A stretch of DNA of 63,627 bases, the filler included, from Octopus bimaculoides (Eukaryota): assembly GCF_001194135.2 (NCBI RefSeq). It is 5 parts of 4 records of this genome, joined end to end, with 100 filler letters (N's around TTAATTAATTAA, not from the genome) between each part and the next. Parts side by side here need not be neighbours in the genome. Positions count along the whole stretch, not along the records: positions 21,735 to 39,411 come from NC_068996.1; positions 39,512 to 44,370 come from NC_068990.1; positions 44,471 to 56,552 come from NC_068990.1; 2 more parts are not named here. One strand, 5' to 3'. How positions within the stretch are numbered: the stretch's first letter is position 1; each line of letters begins with the position of its first letter. The notes under the pieces are model-generated. The model had not been told where the DNA came from. It made no database searches and saw only the letters and a program-made list of their open reading frames with translations. Position numbers and translations under genes: made by a program. Shown here piece by piece: positions 36,276 through 48,754 of the stretch.

Positions 36276-36780
36276 NNNNNNNNNNNNNNNNNNNNNNNNN
36301 NNNNNNNNNNNNNNNNNNNNNNNNNNNNNNNNNNNNNNNNNNNNNNNNNNNNNNNNNNNNNNNNNNNNNNNNNNNNNNNNNNNNNNNNNNNNNNNNNNNN
36401 NNNNNNNNNNNNNNNNNNNNNNNNNNNNNNNNNNNNNNNNNNNNNNNNNNNNNNNNNNNNNNNNNNNNNNNNNNNNNNNNNNNNNNNNNNNNNNNNNNNN
36501 NNNNNNNNNNNNNNNNNNNNNNNNNNNNNNNNNNNNNNNNNNNNNNNNNNNNNNNNNNNNNNNNNNNNNNNNNNNNNNNNNNNNNNNNNNNNNNNNNNNN
36601 NNNNNNNNNNNNNNNNNNNNNNNNNNNNNNNNNNNNNNNNNNNNNNNNNNNNNNNNNNNNNNNNNNNNNNNNNNNNNNNNNNNNNNNNNNNNNNNNNNNN
36701 NNNNNNNNNNNNNNNNNNNNNNNNNNNNNNNNNNNNNNNNNNNNNNNNNNNNNNNNNNNNNNNNNNNNNNNNNNNNNNNN

Positions 36781-36818
<38 letters not shown>

Positions 36819-37429
36819 CACAGATATTTGTATGTGTGGTGTGTCCCCTTACCATTTGATTTGTTTTTTGTAACTTGATGGTTTGTAAATTGATAAGTAC
36901 CAGCCTTTAAAAAGTAAGTAGTGGCTCGATTCGTTCGGCAATAAACCATCATGTTGATGCTCCAGCATGGCAGCAGTATAATGAAGAAAACAAGTAAATG
37001 ATAAAAAAGTAAAAGAAAATATAGAAAGACAATAAATATTGTAGCAAATTCTAAGTGTGCAAAATCCCACTAAATCCAGTTTGATGAATCTCCAGAATGC
37101 TTTCATTTCCATATTTATTGAATTATAGGTTTATTGCAACGATATTTTCTATGTTGCAACAATTACAGCCTTGCTACTTTTCCATCACGACAGCTCCATG
37201 TCATTTCTAATCTTTAAGTTTATAAAGTATAGTGTTTGCTGACTATACCCATTTCAATTTTGACAAGCCTTATTATCCAAGATTTGTAACTGGATAAAAA
37301 GTCATCTTCGAAGTCTTCTAAGGTTAAATTATGACGAGCATAGCTAAAGGTTTTACAACGCTATATAATTTTATTAGACAGGCTTATATCGATTACATTA
37401 CATTGGGCTCGTCTTTTTGTAGGCGTTAG

Positions 37430-38030
37430 TAAAGTTGTTTGACAGGAGTAATGTATGCTATCTAGTATATAATAAAGGTCTTTTTTATCTTATTTAGTAG
37501 ATTTTATGTTGTCATCTTAAATATTTTAGACCCTCTTATGGTGCCATTGCTAAGGTGTGCTTAAAAAATTTTTAAAGTTCGTTTTGTGTCTAGTTTACGT
37601 GAACTCGTAAGCTGAAACAATTTTTTTCAATAACCACTTGACTAATAATAAAAGAGTAGACTTTAACTAATGCGTGTGTTAATAATATTGGAATAATGAC
37701 TCTCCCTAGACACAACAAAAAATTTTCAAGGTCTTTGTTAGATACAGATACACCACAAATTTTCGGGTATCCTTTCCAAACTTCTGGATTAACCATTTTG
37801 CCGGATCTTCCGCGTCATCTAATAAATAATTCAACACATCTCTAACCTGTTAATTATGCATCTCCCATGCCATAGATATCACATAACAATTATTCTAATT
37901 CATCTTGGATCGATAAGGTGCAATTAAAAGGAAAAACGGAATGATATGTTGAGGTTTGTCAATGAGATGTTTGCTACAAACTTTCTTCGATTATACCGTG
38001 TTCCTTTACGAAGTGAAATTATGTTACTTC
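37430..38030 (-). other. Possible fossil of a parvovirus/densovirus NS1-like SF3 helicase (endogenous viral element)
   Basis: Stop-riddled translation: WLIQKFGKDTRKFVVYLYLTKTLKIFCCV*GES..LLTHAL..KNCFSL..NEL..EG..QHK..KRPLLYT. Motif order recalls Walker A / B / B' / C. Judged by eye only. Confidence 0.35.
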
Positions 38031-38705
38031 ATCAGCAGCTACGTTCTATATCTACAGACATTGCTCGACCAGATGTTAACAGGTTAAATATCATTGGATG
38101 CGCAAACAAGCGAAAGGGTACTAAATATGAATGCTGAGCTAAAATTGCAAAAGTGAACCTCACTCTTTGTAACCGACATAAATCATTCAAATTCCACATG
38201 TATTTTCTGGCCGACCTATGTCAGTTAATAAAAAGCATTATACTCAATTTTGCATTATTTCCGGTTCAGCTCTCATATATATATATATGTATTTTTCTGT
38301 ATGTATGTATTTCTTNNNNNNNNNNNNNNNNNNNNNNNNNNNNNNNNNNNNNNNNNNNNNNNNNNNNNNNNNNNNNNNNNNNNNNNNNNNNNNNNNNNNN
38401 NNNNNNNNNNNNNNNNNNNNNNNNNNNNNNNNNNNNNNNNNNNNNNNNNNNNNNNNNNNNNNNNNNNNNNNNNNNNNNNNNNNNNNNNNNNNNNNNNNNN
38501 NNNNNNNNNNNNNNNNNNNNNNNNNNNNNNNNNNNNNNNNNNNNNNNNNNNNNNNNNNNNNNNNNNNNNNNNNNNNNNNNNNNNNNNNNNNNNNNNNNNN
38601 NNNNNNNNNNNNNNNNNNNNNNNNNNNNNNNNNNNNNNNNNNNNNNNATATATATAAAGATAGATAGATATACACACACACGTATATATATATATATATA
38701 TATAT

Positions 38706-38739
<34 letters not shown>

Positions 38740-39411
38740 TTATATATATATAAACACACATATATATATACATATATATATATATGAACACACACATATA
38801 TACATATACACACACACACATATACACGCGCACACACACACATAATATTTTATAATTATATACATAATTATAACAAGGGATCGGCTTTACGCCTCAGCAC
38901 GCACTGCAAGAAATAAACGCTAAAGCCCCTATTACCACCTTAAAATCTCCGAAAATAACACTCTATTGTAGGCGAGCAAAAGAAAAATAATGAATCAACA
39001 AGGCTCGGTTAACTGCATACAAGATCATGTTTCAAGTTTAAAATAAAAATAAAAATATTTCATTTACTGCTCTCACCAGCGATTCATTATTTTCTTTTGC
39101 TCACCTGCAAAACAAAACTGATCTTTGCACACAGACGCACAGAATAACTAATCAAATAACGACAGCAGAGTTCACAGCAAACATCAGCGACCTGACTGTC
39201 GCCTGTACTCTTGACAAGAGATGCCAGTTAGTCTTTTACACCTACCAGGCTCGTTCGTATTAGCCCACGTTGCTGGATAATTTTTTGTTCCTTTAAGAAT
39301 GTTGTAGAAAGGAAACTTTTCATAGATTGGAATTTAAATCCTAATCTCTATAGAAATTTATTGTTTCAAGCAAACATTGAATTTGAATTACTTTTAATTT
39401 TTACGATTATA

Positions 39412-39511
39412 NNNNNNNNNNNNNNNNNNNNNNNNNNNNNNNNNNNNNNNNNNNNTTAATTAATTAANNNNNNNNNNNNNNNNNNNNNNNNNNNNNNNNN
39501 NNNNNNNNNNN
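39412..39511. other. Artificial 100-bp scaffold linker N44-TTAATTAATTAA-N44
   Basis: 12-mer at 39456-39467 with 44 N on each side. Confidence 0.97.
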
Positions 39512-39844
39512 TATATATATATATATGTATGTATGTATGTATATATATATATATATATATGTATGTACATATGTACATATACACACATATATATACATAT
39601 GCATATGTGTGTGTGTATTTATGTATGTGCATGTTATGCAGTAGGGTATTAAGCATAATGCAAAGTGTGGCATGTATTTAACATCTACTCTAAACATGTG
39701 CATGTGAGTGTGAGTATGTGTGTGTGTATGTGTGTGTGCATGTGTGTGTGTGTGTGTTTACCCCCCCCCCCTTTCAATTCACTTGCATACATATGGCAAA
39801 GATTACACAAGCCTCGATTTGTGAGTGTGTGTATATATATATAG

Positions 39845-40005
39845 GAGTGGCTGTGTGGTAAGTAGCTTGCTGACCAACCACATGGTTCTGGGTTCAATCC
39901 CACTGTGTGGTACCTTGGGCAAGTGTTTTCTACTGTACCCTCGGGCCGACCAAAGCCTTGTGAGTGGATTTGGTAGACGGAAACTGAAAGAAGCCCGTCG
40001 TATAT
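39845..40005 (+). mobile_element. SINE family B head module (well preserved)
   Basis: ggctgtgtggtaagtagcttgc...ggttcaatcccactg...ggaaactgaaagaagcccgtcgtatat, with Pol III A-box-like and B-box-like motifs. Confidence 0.88.
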
Positions 40006-40798
40006 NNNNNNNNNNNNNNNNNNNNNNNNNNNNNNNNNNNNNNNNNNNNNNNNNNNNNNNNNNNNNNNNNNNNNNNNNNNNNNNNNNNNNNNNNNNNNNN
40101 NNNNNNNNNNNNNNNNNNNNNNNNNNNNNNNNNNNNNNNNNNNNNNNNNNNNNNNNNNNNNNNNNNNNNNNNNNNNNNNNNNNNNNNNNNNNNNNNNNNN
40201 NNNNNNNNNNNNNNNNNNNNNNNNNNNNNNNNNNNNNNNNNNNNNNNNNNNNNNNNNNNNNNNNNNNNNNNNNNNNNNNNNNNNNNNNNNNNNNNNNNNN
40301 NNNNNNNNNNNNNNNNNNNNNNNNNNNNNNNNNNNNNNNNNNNNNNNNNNNNNNNNNNNNNNNNNNNNNNNNNNNNNNNNNNNNNNNNNNNNNNNNNNNN
40401 NNNNNNNNNNNNNNNNNNNNNNNNNNNNNNNNNNNNNNNNNNNNNNNNNNNNNNNNNNNNNNNNNNNNNNNNNNNNNNNNNNNNNNNNNNNNNNNNNNNN
40501 NNNNNNNNNNNNNNNNNNNNNNNNNNNNNNNNNNNNNNNNNNNNNNNNNNNNNNNNNNNNNNNNNNNNNNNNNNNNNNNNNNNNNNNNNNNNNNNNNNNN
40601 NNNNNNNNNNNNNNNNNNNNNNNNNNNNNNNNNNNNNNNNNNNNNNNNNNNNNNNNNNNNNNNNNAAATAACAGTGAACAGGTCGCGATATCAAAGCGAC
40701 GAAAATATTTTGACAAATTAAATTTAAATGTTGAAGTGAATCTAACGGATTTTGTGTGTTATTTTAAATGGCTTATAAACACCTTCCACACTGCAATT

Positions 40799-40832
<34 letters not shown>

Positions 40833-41060
40833 ACACCAAAAGAAATGGGGATGGAGAAGTCGACAGAACGAATGATACCAAGACCACAGACCCCAGCACT
40901 AGAACCAGCGACAACACCACCACAACCACTAGCTGGAATAAAAGCAATGACAACAATAACGTGAATGACAGCACTCACACCTACAAGAATGAAAAAACTA
41001 ATCGAAACAAGACTGATTGTAGTAATAATTGCAGTAATAATGATAATAACCTCCCTACTA

Positions 41061-41267
41061 CAAGCACATGGCTTGAAATTTTGTGGAGAGGGGGGACTAG
41101 TCGATTACATCGGCCCCAGTGTTTCACGGGTATTTAATTTATTGACCCAGAAAGGATGAAAGGCAAAGTCAACCTCAGCAGAATTTGAACTCAGAACGTA
41201 AAGGTGGACAAAATACTGCTAAGCATTTTGCCCGGTGTGCTAATAGTTCTGTCAGCTCAGTGCCTTA
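41061..41267 (-). mobile_element. SINE family A
   Basis: Same head and core motifs, reverse-complemented. Confidence 0.85.
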
Positions 41268-41274
41268 GTATTAA

Positions 41275-41295
41275 TAATAATGATGATGATGATGG

Positions 41296-41327
<32 letters not shown>

Positions 41328-41360
41328 GTGATAACTGAATCGATGATGATGATGATGATG
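41275..41360. repeat. (GAT)n microsatellite
   Basis: gatgatgat... tract. Confidence 0.92.
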
Positions 41361-41794
41361 TAGCTGTAAATATAATGATAATAGTGAGGATAGTAATGAT
41401 AGCTGCAATAATGAAAACAATGTTTGAAACATGCAAATCAACACAAACAGTACTGACAATAATACACATAGAAACACCAGCACTACCACCACCACCACCA
41501 CCACCACCATTAACAAGAACAACACGCACAACCAAAGGGAGAGTAATGATAGGATAAAAGATGATACAACAGGTGTAAATGACACTAACCCCTTCACAGC
41601 CTATTTTTCAATCCATATATATATATATATATATCATCATCATCATCATCGTTTAGCATCTGCTTTCCATGCTAGCATGGGTTGGATGATTTGACTGAGG
41701 ACTGGCGAACCAGAAGGCTACACCTGGCTCCAATCTGATCTGGCAGAGTTTCTACAGCTGGATGCCCTTCCTAACGNNNNNNNNNNAAAAAGAA

Positions 41795-41838
<44 letters not shown>

Positions 41839-41906
41839 CAGACAGACAGATAGATAGATTCATACATACATACATACATACATACATGCATACATACATA
41901 CATACG

Positions 41907-41938
<32 letters not shown>

Positions 41939-42857
41939 TACATACATACATTCATACATATAAATATATATGTGTATATGTATAAATATATATATGTGTG
42001 TGCATGTGTGTGTGTGTACAGTTTATGAATGCAATGCCATGCCTAACATGTACATACTAAAAGTAGACAGAGGCAGGTTCTACATAACAGTAACATTAAA
42101 CAAGCATTTACTTACGTAGCATCAAACAAGCACTCTAACATGTAGAATAAAACAGCATAAGAAATTAAACATGAAAGTAAACCTAAGTAATAGTTTTAAA
42201 AGAATTTGATAAAGTATACATCTCATAACTGAAAAGTAATCTATTAAGATAATTGTTAGTTAATAAGTAAAACGTACCTAAATTTATACAATTTTTCTTC
42301 AAACTATACACTATGATAAATATCTGGAAAATGCATAAAATATTTGTTGTATGATTAAAATTATAAATTTTTGATGTAATTTTCTGCTTATTCTACACAA
42401 AGAAAATTTGAAAGTAGGGCGTTTTTTTTTCCCCTGTAATAGATGGCCTTTATTTTTATGAGAAAACAAGAAAAAAATTCATGGTAATCAAAATAAGTAT
42501 TTTACTTTAGTTCTGTATATAAATGGAAATGGTGAGTATGTGTGAGCTATTTTCCTGATAAGTGTTTGTGTAAGAATATAGCACATGTTTGAGTGTTAAA
42601 ATGAATGCTATTTTAAAAAATTAAATAAATAACCAGACAAAAATTTATAAATATGACTATGATAAAATACAAAAAGAAATTGATTAATTAAATAAACAAA
42701 GTATATGTTTATTAAATAGAGCGATATTTTATATGTACCTTCAAAAAATAAATTGATTCATAACTTTTTTCTGCAAGTATGTATGTATGCATGCATGTAT
42801 CTATGCATGTATTCCTATACATATATACATATATATGTATATATATATGTATGTATG

Positions 42858-42925
<68 letters not shown>

Positions 42926-44060
42926 GGTAATTAATATAGATATATTAATGGGGTGAAAGCTGTAAGTAGATGCAATTAAATTAATAAGTAAAGTGTGTAG
43001 AAACATTAATTATACATATAGCCTATTATTCTTTTATTGGTTTCAATCATTAGACTATAGCCAGAGCAGGGTGCCACCATCAAGGATTGTAGCTGATCAT
43101 ATTATCTCCAATATGATTGCAGTGTGGGACATATATTTGACCTTTATTTATTGAATCACTGAGTTACTCTTCACACTGGTAGAGACAGATACAAAGTCAA
43201 GCCTATAGTGTCATATTTGAAGGAAAATAACACTCTAGATAATATAGTAGGACATGAATTTCCCCAAAATGGCTAGTGGTTCATAACTGAAATTCTTCTC
43301 AAGCAAGGCTGACCTGGGGTTATACAGCAACAGTATCAACAACATAGACAAATATAGACAAACATGTATATAAGCATAGAAACACATACACATTTATATC
43401 TACATATCTACACATCAACATTGATATATATATATGTATATATATATATNNNNNNNNNNNNNNNNNNNNNNNNNNNNNNNNNNNNNNNNNNNNNNNNNNN
43501 NNNNNNNNNNNNNNNNNNNNNNNNNNNNNNNNNNNNNNNNNNNNNNNNNTGTATATATATATATATAAATCCATAATGGTGTAATCTCAAAGTGGACTGT
43601 GTAATCATATAGCTATAATAAATGTATTAAAACTAGTACTGAGAAGGCATAGGCCATGGCAAGAAGCTGTTTTAAAGCTACATATTGTATCTCAAGCACT
43701 GCAGATATTTCATATATCATAATGAAAGTATCCAGTTAAAAGGGAAAAATAATGACGTCATTTAATGATATAAGAGTAAACAACGTCATAGTAGAATTTA
43801 ATGACATATTTTATTTTGTGCACTTATAGGCAAAACTCAGAGCAAAGGGAGAGTGACTCAACACTGCTTTGGTGGATAAATATTCTTAATTTGTGGGTTA
43901 AAAAGGCTATCAGTGGCTTCATGTCAAGAGATCTTCATATTCCGCATGGAAGTGTTGGTTTTTCAAAATGGGCCAAGTGCCAACAGTTGCCTGTCACATG
44001 CTTGAACAATTGTGAAGATCCTTTCACAGGTAGCCGTATTAAGCCACAGATAGAGTAGGC

Positions 44061-44091
<31 letters not shown>

Positions 44092-44370
44092 CACGTGCGC
44101 GTATGTGTGTGTGCATATGCATGCACAACTCTGTGTGTATGTGCATTTGTTCATTTAGTATCCACTCTTCCATGTCAGTATAAGTTTGATGAAGAGTTGT
44201 TTGACACAGAATTTTACTGCCAGATTCTCTTTTAGTTGATAACCATTAGTTGTTTACACAAGCAAGGGACATTTTACTTATTCCAGAGGTTTTTTAAAGT
44301 GTTGAATGAAGTCATAATGTCAACAAAAATTTTCAGCATTGCAATATATATATATATATATATATATATA

Positions 44371-44470
44371 NNNNNNNNNNNNNNNNNNNNNNNNNNNNNN
44401 NNNNNNNNNNNNNNTTAATTAATTAANNNNNNNNNNNNNNNNNNNNNNNNNNNNNNNNNNNNNNNNNNNN
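44371..44470. other. Artificial 100-bp scaffold linker N44-TTAATTAATTAA-N44
   Basis: 12-mer at 44415-44426 with 44 N on each side. Confidence 0.97.
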
Positions 44471-44552
44471 GCAAGTATTCTATTCTATAGGCTTGTGAGT
44501 GGATTTGGTAAAGGGAAACTGAAAGAAGCCTGTTGGATATATATATATATGC

Positions 44553-44765
44553 TAAGGCGGTGAGCTGAGACAATAGTTAGCATGGCGAGCAAAATGCTTA
44601 TCAGCATTTCGTCCGTCTTCAGGTTCAAATAAAATTCTGCCGTTGTTGTCTTCGCTCTTCATCGCTTAGATACCGATGAAATAAATACCAGTTGAATGCG
44701 GGGTTGGAGTTAAATGATTTATCCTATCCTTCGAGGTCACAGACCTTAAACCGTAATTTGAAATC
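44553..44765 (+). mobile_element. SINE family A (decayed)
   Basis: taaggcggtgagctgagacaatagttagcatggcgagcaaaatgctta... Confidence 0.8.
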
Positions 44766-44864
44766 GATATGTGTATAATGAAGCAACTAATAAAATGTTT
44801 ATACATACAAACATTAATTACAAATTCTTAATTATAATAATATTTAAAGAAACTATTGACGTGG

Positions 44865-45300
44865 GTGTGTGTTAAGAAGCTTCTTCTCCAACCACATGGT
44901 TGCGGATTCAGTCCCACTGCATGGCACGTTAGGCAATTGACTTCTAGTATAGACTTGGGGCAACCAAATTCTTCTGAGTGGATATGTTAGACGAAGGCTG
45001 AAAGGTCATGGTATATATATATATATACATATAAAATTATAGGTATATATTTCTGTGTGTTTTTCTGCCTGTGTTTGACCCCCTCCCCTAGACACACACA
45101 CACACACTCACGCACCATAGCTTGACATCCGATGTTGGTGTTTCACGTCCCGTAACTTCGCGGTTGGACAAAAGAGACCGATAGAATATGTACCAGGCTT
45201 ACAAAGAATAAGTTGTGTGGTCGATTTCTTCGCAATAAAAGGTGATGCTCCAGCAGGGCCGGTAACAAACGACTGAATCAGATAAAAGATGAAAGAGAGA
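44865..45300 (+). mobile_element. Composite SINE (B head + internal microsatellite + C tail)
   Basis: Head 44865-45010, TA/TG/CA tract, tail to 'aaaagatgaaagag'. Confidence 0.78.
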
Positions 45301-45863
45301 GAGAGAGAGTTGGGAGAGAAAGATGGACTCACGCTTGTGTAGTACTAAATACAGAAGAGTGAACTAGAGCAATGTGAAATACTTAAGCTGAACGAAAGAT
45401 TTTTACTCATTATAGCTACGTGAATTTGAGCAACAAATTACCTTGCTCAAGAACGCACGTCACTGACGTTAAGCCAAGAAAAGGCCTGCCGATTTGAACC
45501 GATACCACTTGGCATCAGTACCATCCGCAAGCGTTGGGTGTGCTCAGAACGCAAAGGACCATAACAGACACGGCATGGTATCTCGCCCGGGAATCTAATA
45601 GTTCCGTCAATCTACCCGGTAGAGCCATCTATAGAAGCTTTTATAATTTTATAATTACCTAATAATTGCAACATTGTCTGTTTGTCTTTAAAATTATTTA
45701 TGAGAATGTTATTTTCTGAGATGGCATCTAATTAAGAGATATCTTAGATGTTACTTGAGTCGATTACCCGGTCAAAATACCCAATTATAATGGAAAGAAT
45801 AAAGAATCATTAGATAAAATTATAAAGAAAATTATATGTATGTAATGAGTAAAACAGCTAGTT

Positions 45864-46198
45864 TTAAGTCTCTGAATGTGATCTAAGTAGTAACCATACT
45901 GCATAGTAAAATCTGTTTGCCAACCTAAAGTGGCAGTTCAGCGTAGGATCATGTTACCACCTTTTAACTCCGGGAAAACATCTTTTCGAGCTGGTTATCG
46001 ACACACGATCTGTGTCTGAAATGTAGCGTGAGCAAGGGAGCGTACTACTCCCCCCTAGCTACTAGCAGTAGCAACACACCAATGGTTTCTGGGTAATTTC
46101 CTGTCCTCGGTGCTGGACAACTGGCGGCCAGAGACAACAGCTTACCCGATCCTACTCATAGCATATAAATATAGAAGTGACAGACAGTCACTGATCTC
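45864..46198. other. Unclassified ~335-bp segment flanked by 22-bp direct repeats
   Basis: gtaatgagtaaaacagctagtt (45842-45863) / gtaatgagaaaaacagctagtt (46199-46220), one mismatch. Confidence 0.6.
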
Positions 46199-47619
46199 GT
46201 AATGAGAAAAACAGCTAGTTAGTTATATATATGTATATATATGCATATGTGTGTGTGTGAGTGTGTGTATGTGTGTGTGCGTGTGCATCTATGTGTGCTT
46301 GTGTGGTTACTGAAACAATTACAAAGTAGCATGATTTAAAAAAAATATAAGCTGAATAAATATTAAACCCATGCTAATACGAGATAAAATCGACGACTGC
46401 GACCAGGCAAACAACGATGCTACTGCCGCTGCTGCTGCTGCTACAGATGATTTTGATGTTGTTGTTGTTGATGATGACGATGACGATGACGATGACGGCG
46501 ATACCTTTCATTATCGGAATATACAACTTAGATAACATTAAATCAAAAGTGCCATCCGTGTATCATACTAAATGTATACACTCCGTTACAAAGTACGATG
46601 CTGTGGAATTGTTTTAGATAAAATCCCTTCTTAGGCTATGGGAGAGAAAGGAAGATCTTCATCGCACTGATTCACAACAACGACAGACGATTCGTTTTCT
46701 TTGACCCCTGGCAATGTCATATATTCATTTCTCATAAGCTTAAACGAAATTCCTGTGATATATAGAACCAGCGAATAACTCATTCATTAGGAAAAAACTC
46801 GGTATACACAACTTGAAGCAGCAATAAATTAAAATCGCCGTATGTGTGCTATACTAAGTATATAAACCTTGTGAGAAGGCTTGAAGCTGTTGAATTGAGA
46901 GGGATAATATCTCTTCATTGACTCTTTGTATTAAAAACGCAATATATATATATATATCGAGGAAAGACGAACATCATTGCTGCAGAGGCTCATGAGATCG
47001 GTAGATGCATTTCCCCTTTGTTGAGGCTCGTCAAGATCTTGCGCACGACTGTCGCTTGTTTAAAAGAACGCGCCTGTCGTTGTCGCGAGACACTGCAGCG
47101 ACATTTCTCTTATTTCTCTTCGACATGTAATCCATTAGCAATACAAGTCTATGAAAAGATTTTGTTTCAGACAATTTCCACGGCATCATGCCTTGTAACG
47201 GTGTTATGCTTTTTTGTCAAACACAGATGGCGGCCTTTCATCATGACGAATCATCCGCCATTCTTAGTTATCAGCATTCTGTTGTTTGTTCAACTGGACT
47301 AACAATTAATCAAACGCTTAAGTGGCTGCGTATTCCACAGGCCGATTCAGCATAATGCAACACGTAACAAACATGGATCATTGATTTATGTTTCCAACCC
47401 ATAATTCCGTAAACCCAATTGCACTTGAGTCAACCCGATTCTATTGTACAAGATACTTACTCAAAATGCCATGCAGTAGGGTCGATCCCAGCTCCTCGTG
47501 AATTCGAAGCAAAATGTTATCTACTCTCACTCTACATTCAGTGCAAGATTTAAATAGAAGCTAAATAATGTAGACATTAACGTTACAAAATCAATAAAAA
47601 TACTTCAGCCTGGTAACGC

Positions 47620-47910
47620 TAGGTTACAGGGACGTAAACACACCAACACCGGTTGTGAAGCAGACAATGACACACACACACATACACGCACACAAAGTCA
47701 AACACACGCACACAGTCAAGCACATCGCACACACAAATATACGACTGGTTTCCACGCAGTTTCCTCCTATTAAATTCACTCACAAAGCATTATTGGACGA
47801 CCCAAGTCTATAGAAGACACTTAGAGAAGGAACCACGCAGTGGAATTGAACCTGAAACAACGTGGTTGCAAAGCGAGCTTCTTAATCACACAGCCATGCC
47901 GGCGCCTGCA
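47620..47910 (-). mobile_element. Composite SINE B/C, 3' truncated
   Basis: Head 47910-47740, (CA)-rich spacer, start of the C module 'gggacgtaaacacaccaacaccggttg'. Confidence 0.78.
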
Positions 47911-48231
47911 CACAGCCAAGCCTGTTTCCTTTTTCATTGTATACTTGTTTTGTTCAGACTTTTTCACATCCTTCAGTATCTGTTTGTTGGCGGCCATATC
48001 GGAAGTATTGACAATGTGATTTGTTCAGTGATCAGTTTTTAGTAAAGAGTAGTGGTCAAGCTGTAAGAAAATACAGTCATTTGTGTTTTGTTGTTGTTTA
48101 GCTTAAAGTTAACCTTGATAGATCAAGACTATTAACAAAGGCTTTCCAGCCGAGACCAAGTCAATTTCTATATATGATGTTTGGTAATTAATAAACTGAT
48201 GTTTATCACAGTACTTGTATTCTTTTCTACT

Positions 48232-48652
48232 CTACGCACAAGGCCCGAAACTTTTGGAGAGGGGACCAGTCAATTAGATCGACCCCAGTAAACACTGGTA
48301 CTTAATTTATCGACCCCTGAAAGGATGAAAAGCAAAGTCGACCTCGGCGGAATTTGAACTCAGAACGTGAAGACAGACGAAATACCGCTAAGCATTTCGT
48401 CCGGCGTGTTAGTGTCTCTGCCAGCTCACCGCTTTCTTTCAGTACATATATGGATTTCAAACTTTGGCACAAGACCAGGGATCTTTGGAGCCAAGTCGGT
48501 TACATCACCCACAGTGCTCAACTGGCACTTATTTTATCAACCGTGGAAGAATGTAAGGCAAAGTCGACCTCGGCGGAATTTAAACTCAGAACGTAAAGAC
48601 GGACGAAATGCAACCAAGTATTTTCTCCGGCTGTGCTAGCGATTCTGCTCAT
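48232..48652 (-). mobile_element. Two tandem SINE family A copies
   Basis: Copies at ~48232-48433 and ~48462-48652, each with 'gtcgacctcggcggaattt(g/a)aactcagaacgt'. Confidence 0.85.
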
Positions 48653-48722
48653 TCAGTTAAAGTACTTACTTTACGATGGAAAAAATAACTAATGCCGTTT
48701 CCTTCTTACTCAGTTTTGCCAA

Positions 48723-48754
<32 letters not shown>

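Noticed and set aside
38000-38040. CTGATGA on the minus strand at ~38030 (also 19160, 32160, 54760, 61804)
   Set aside because: No correctly placed stem II plus GAAA, so these are not hammerheads.
43980-44070. Minus-strand 'NTATCERIFTIV' resembling the hAT dimerisation motif
   Set aside because: An isolated short match with no supporting transposase sequence or TIRs.
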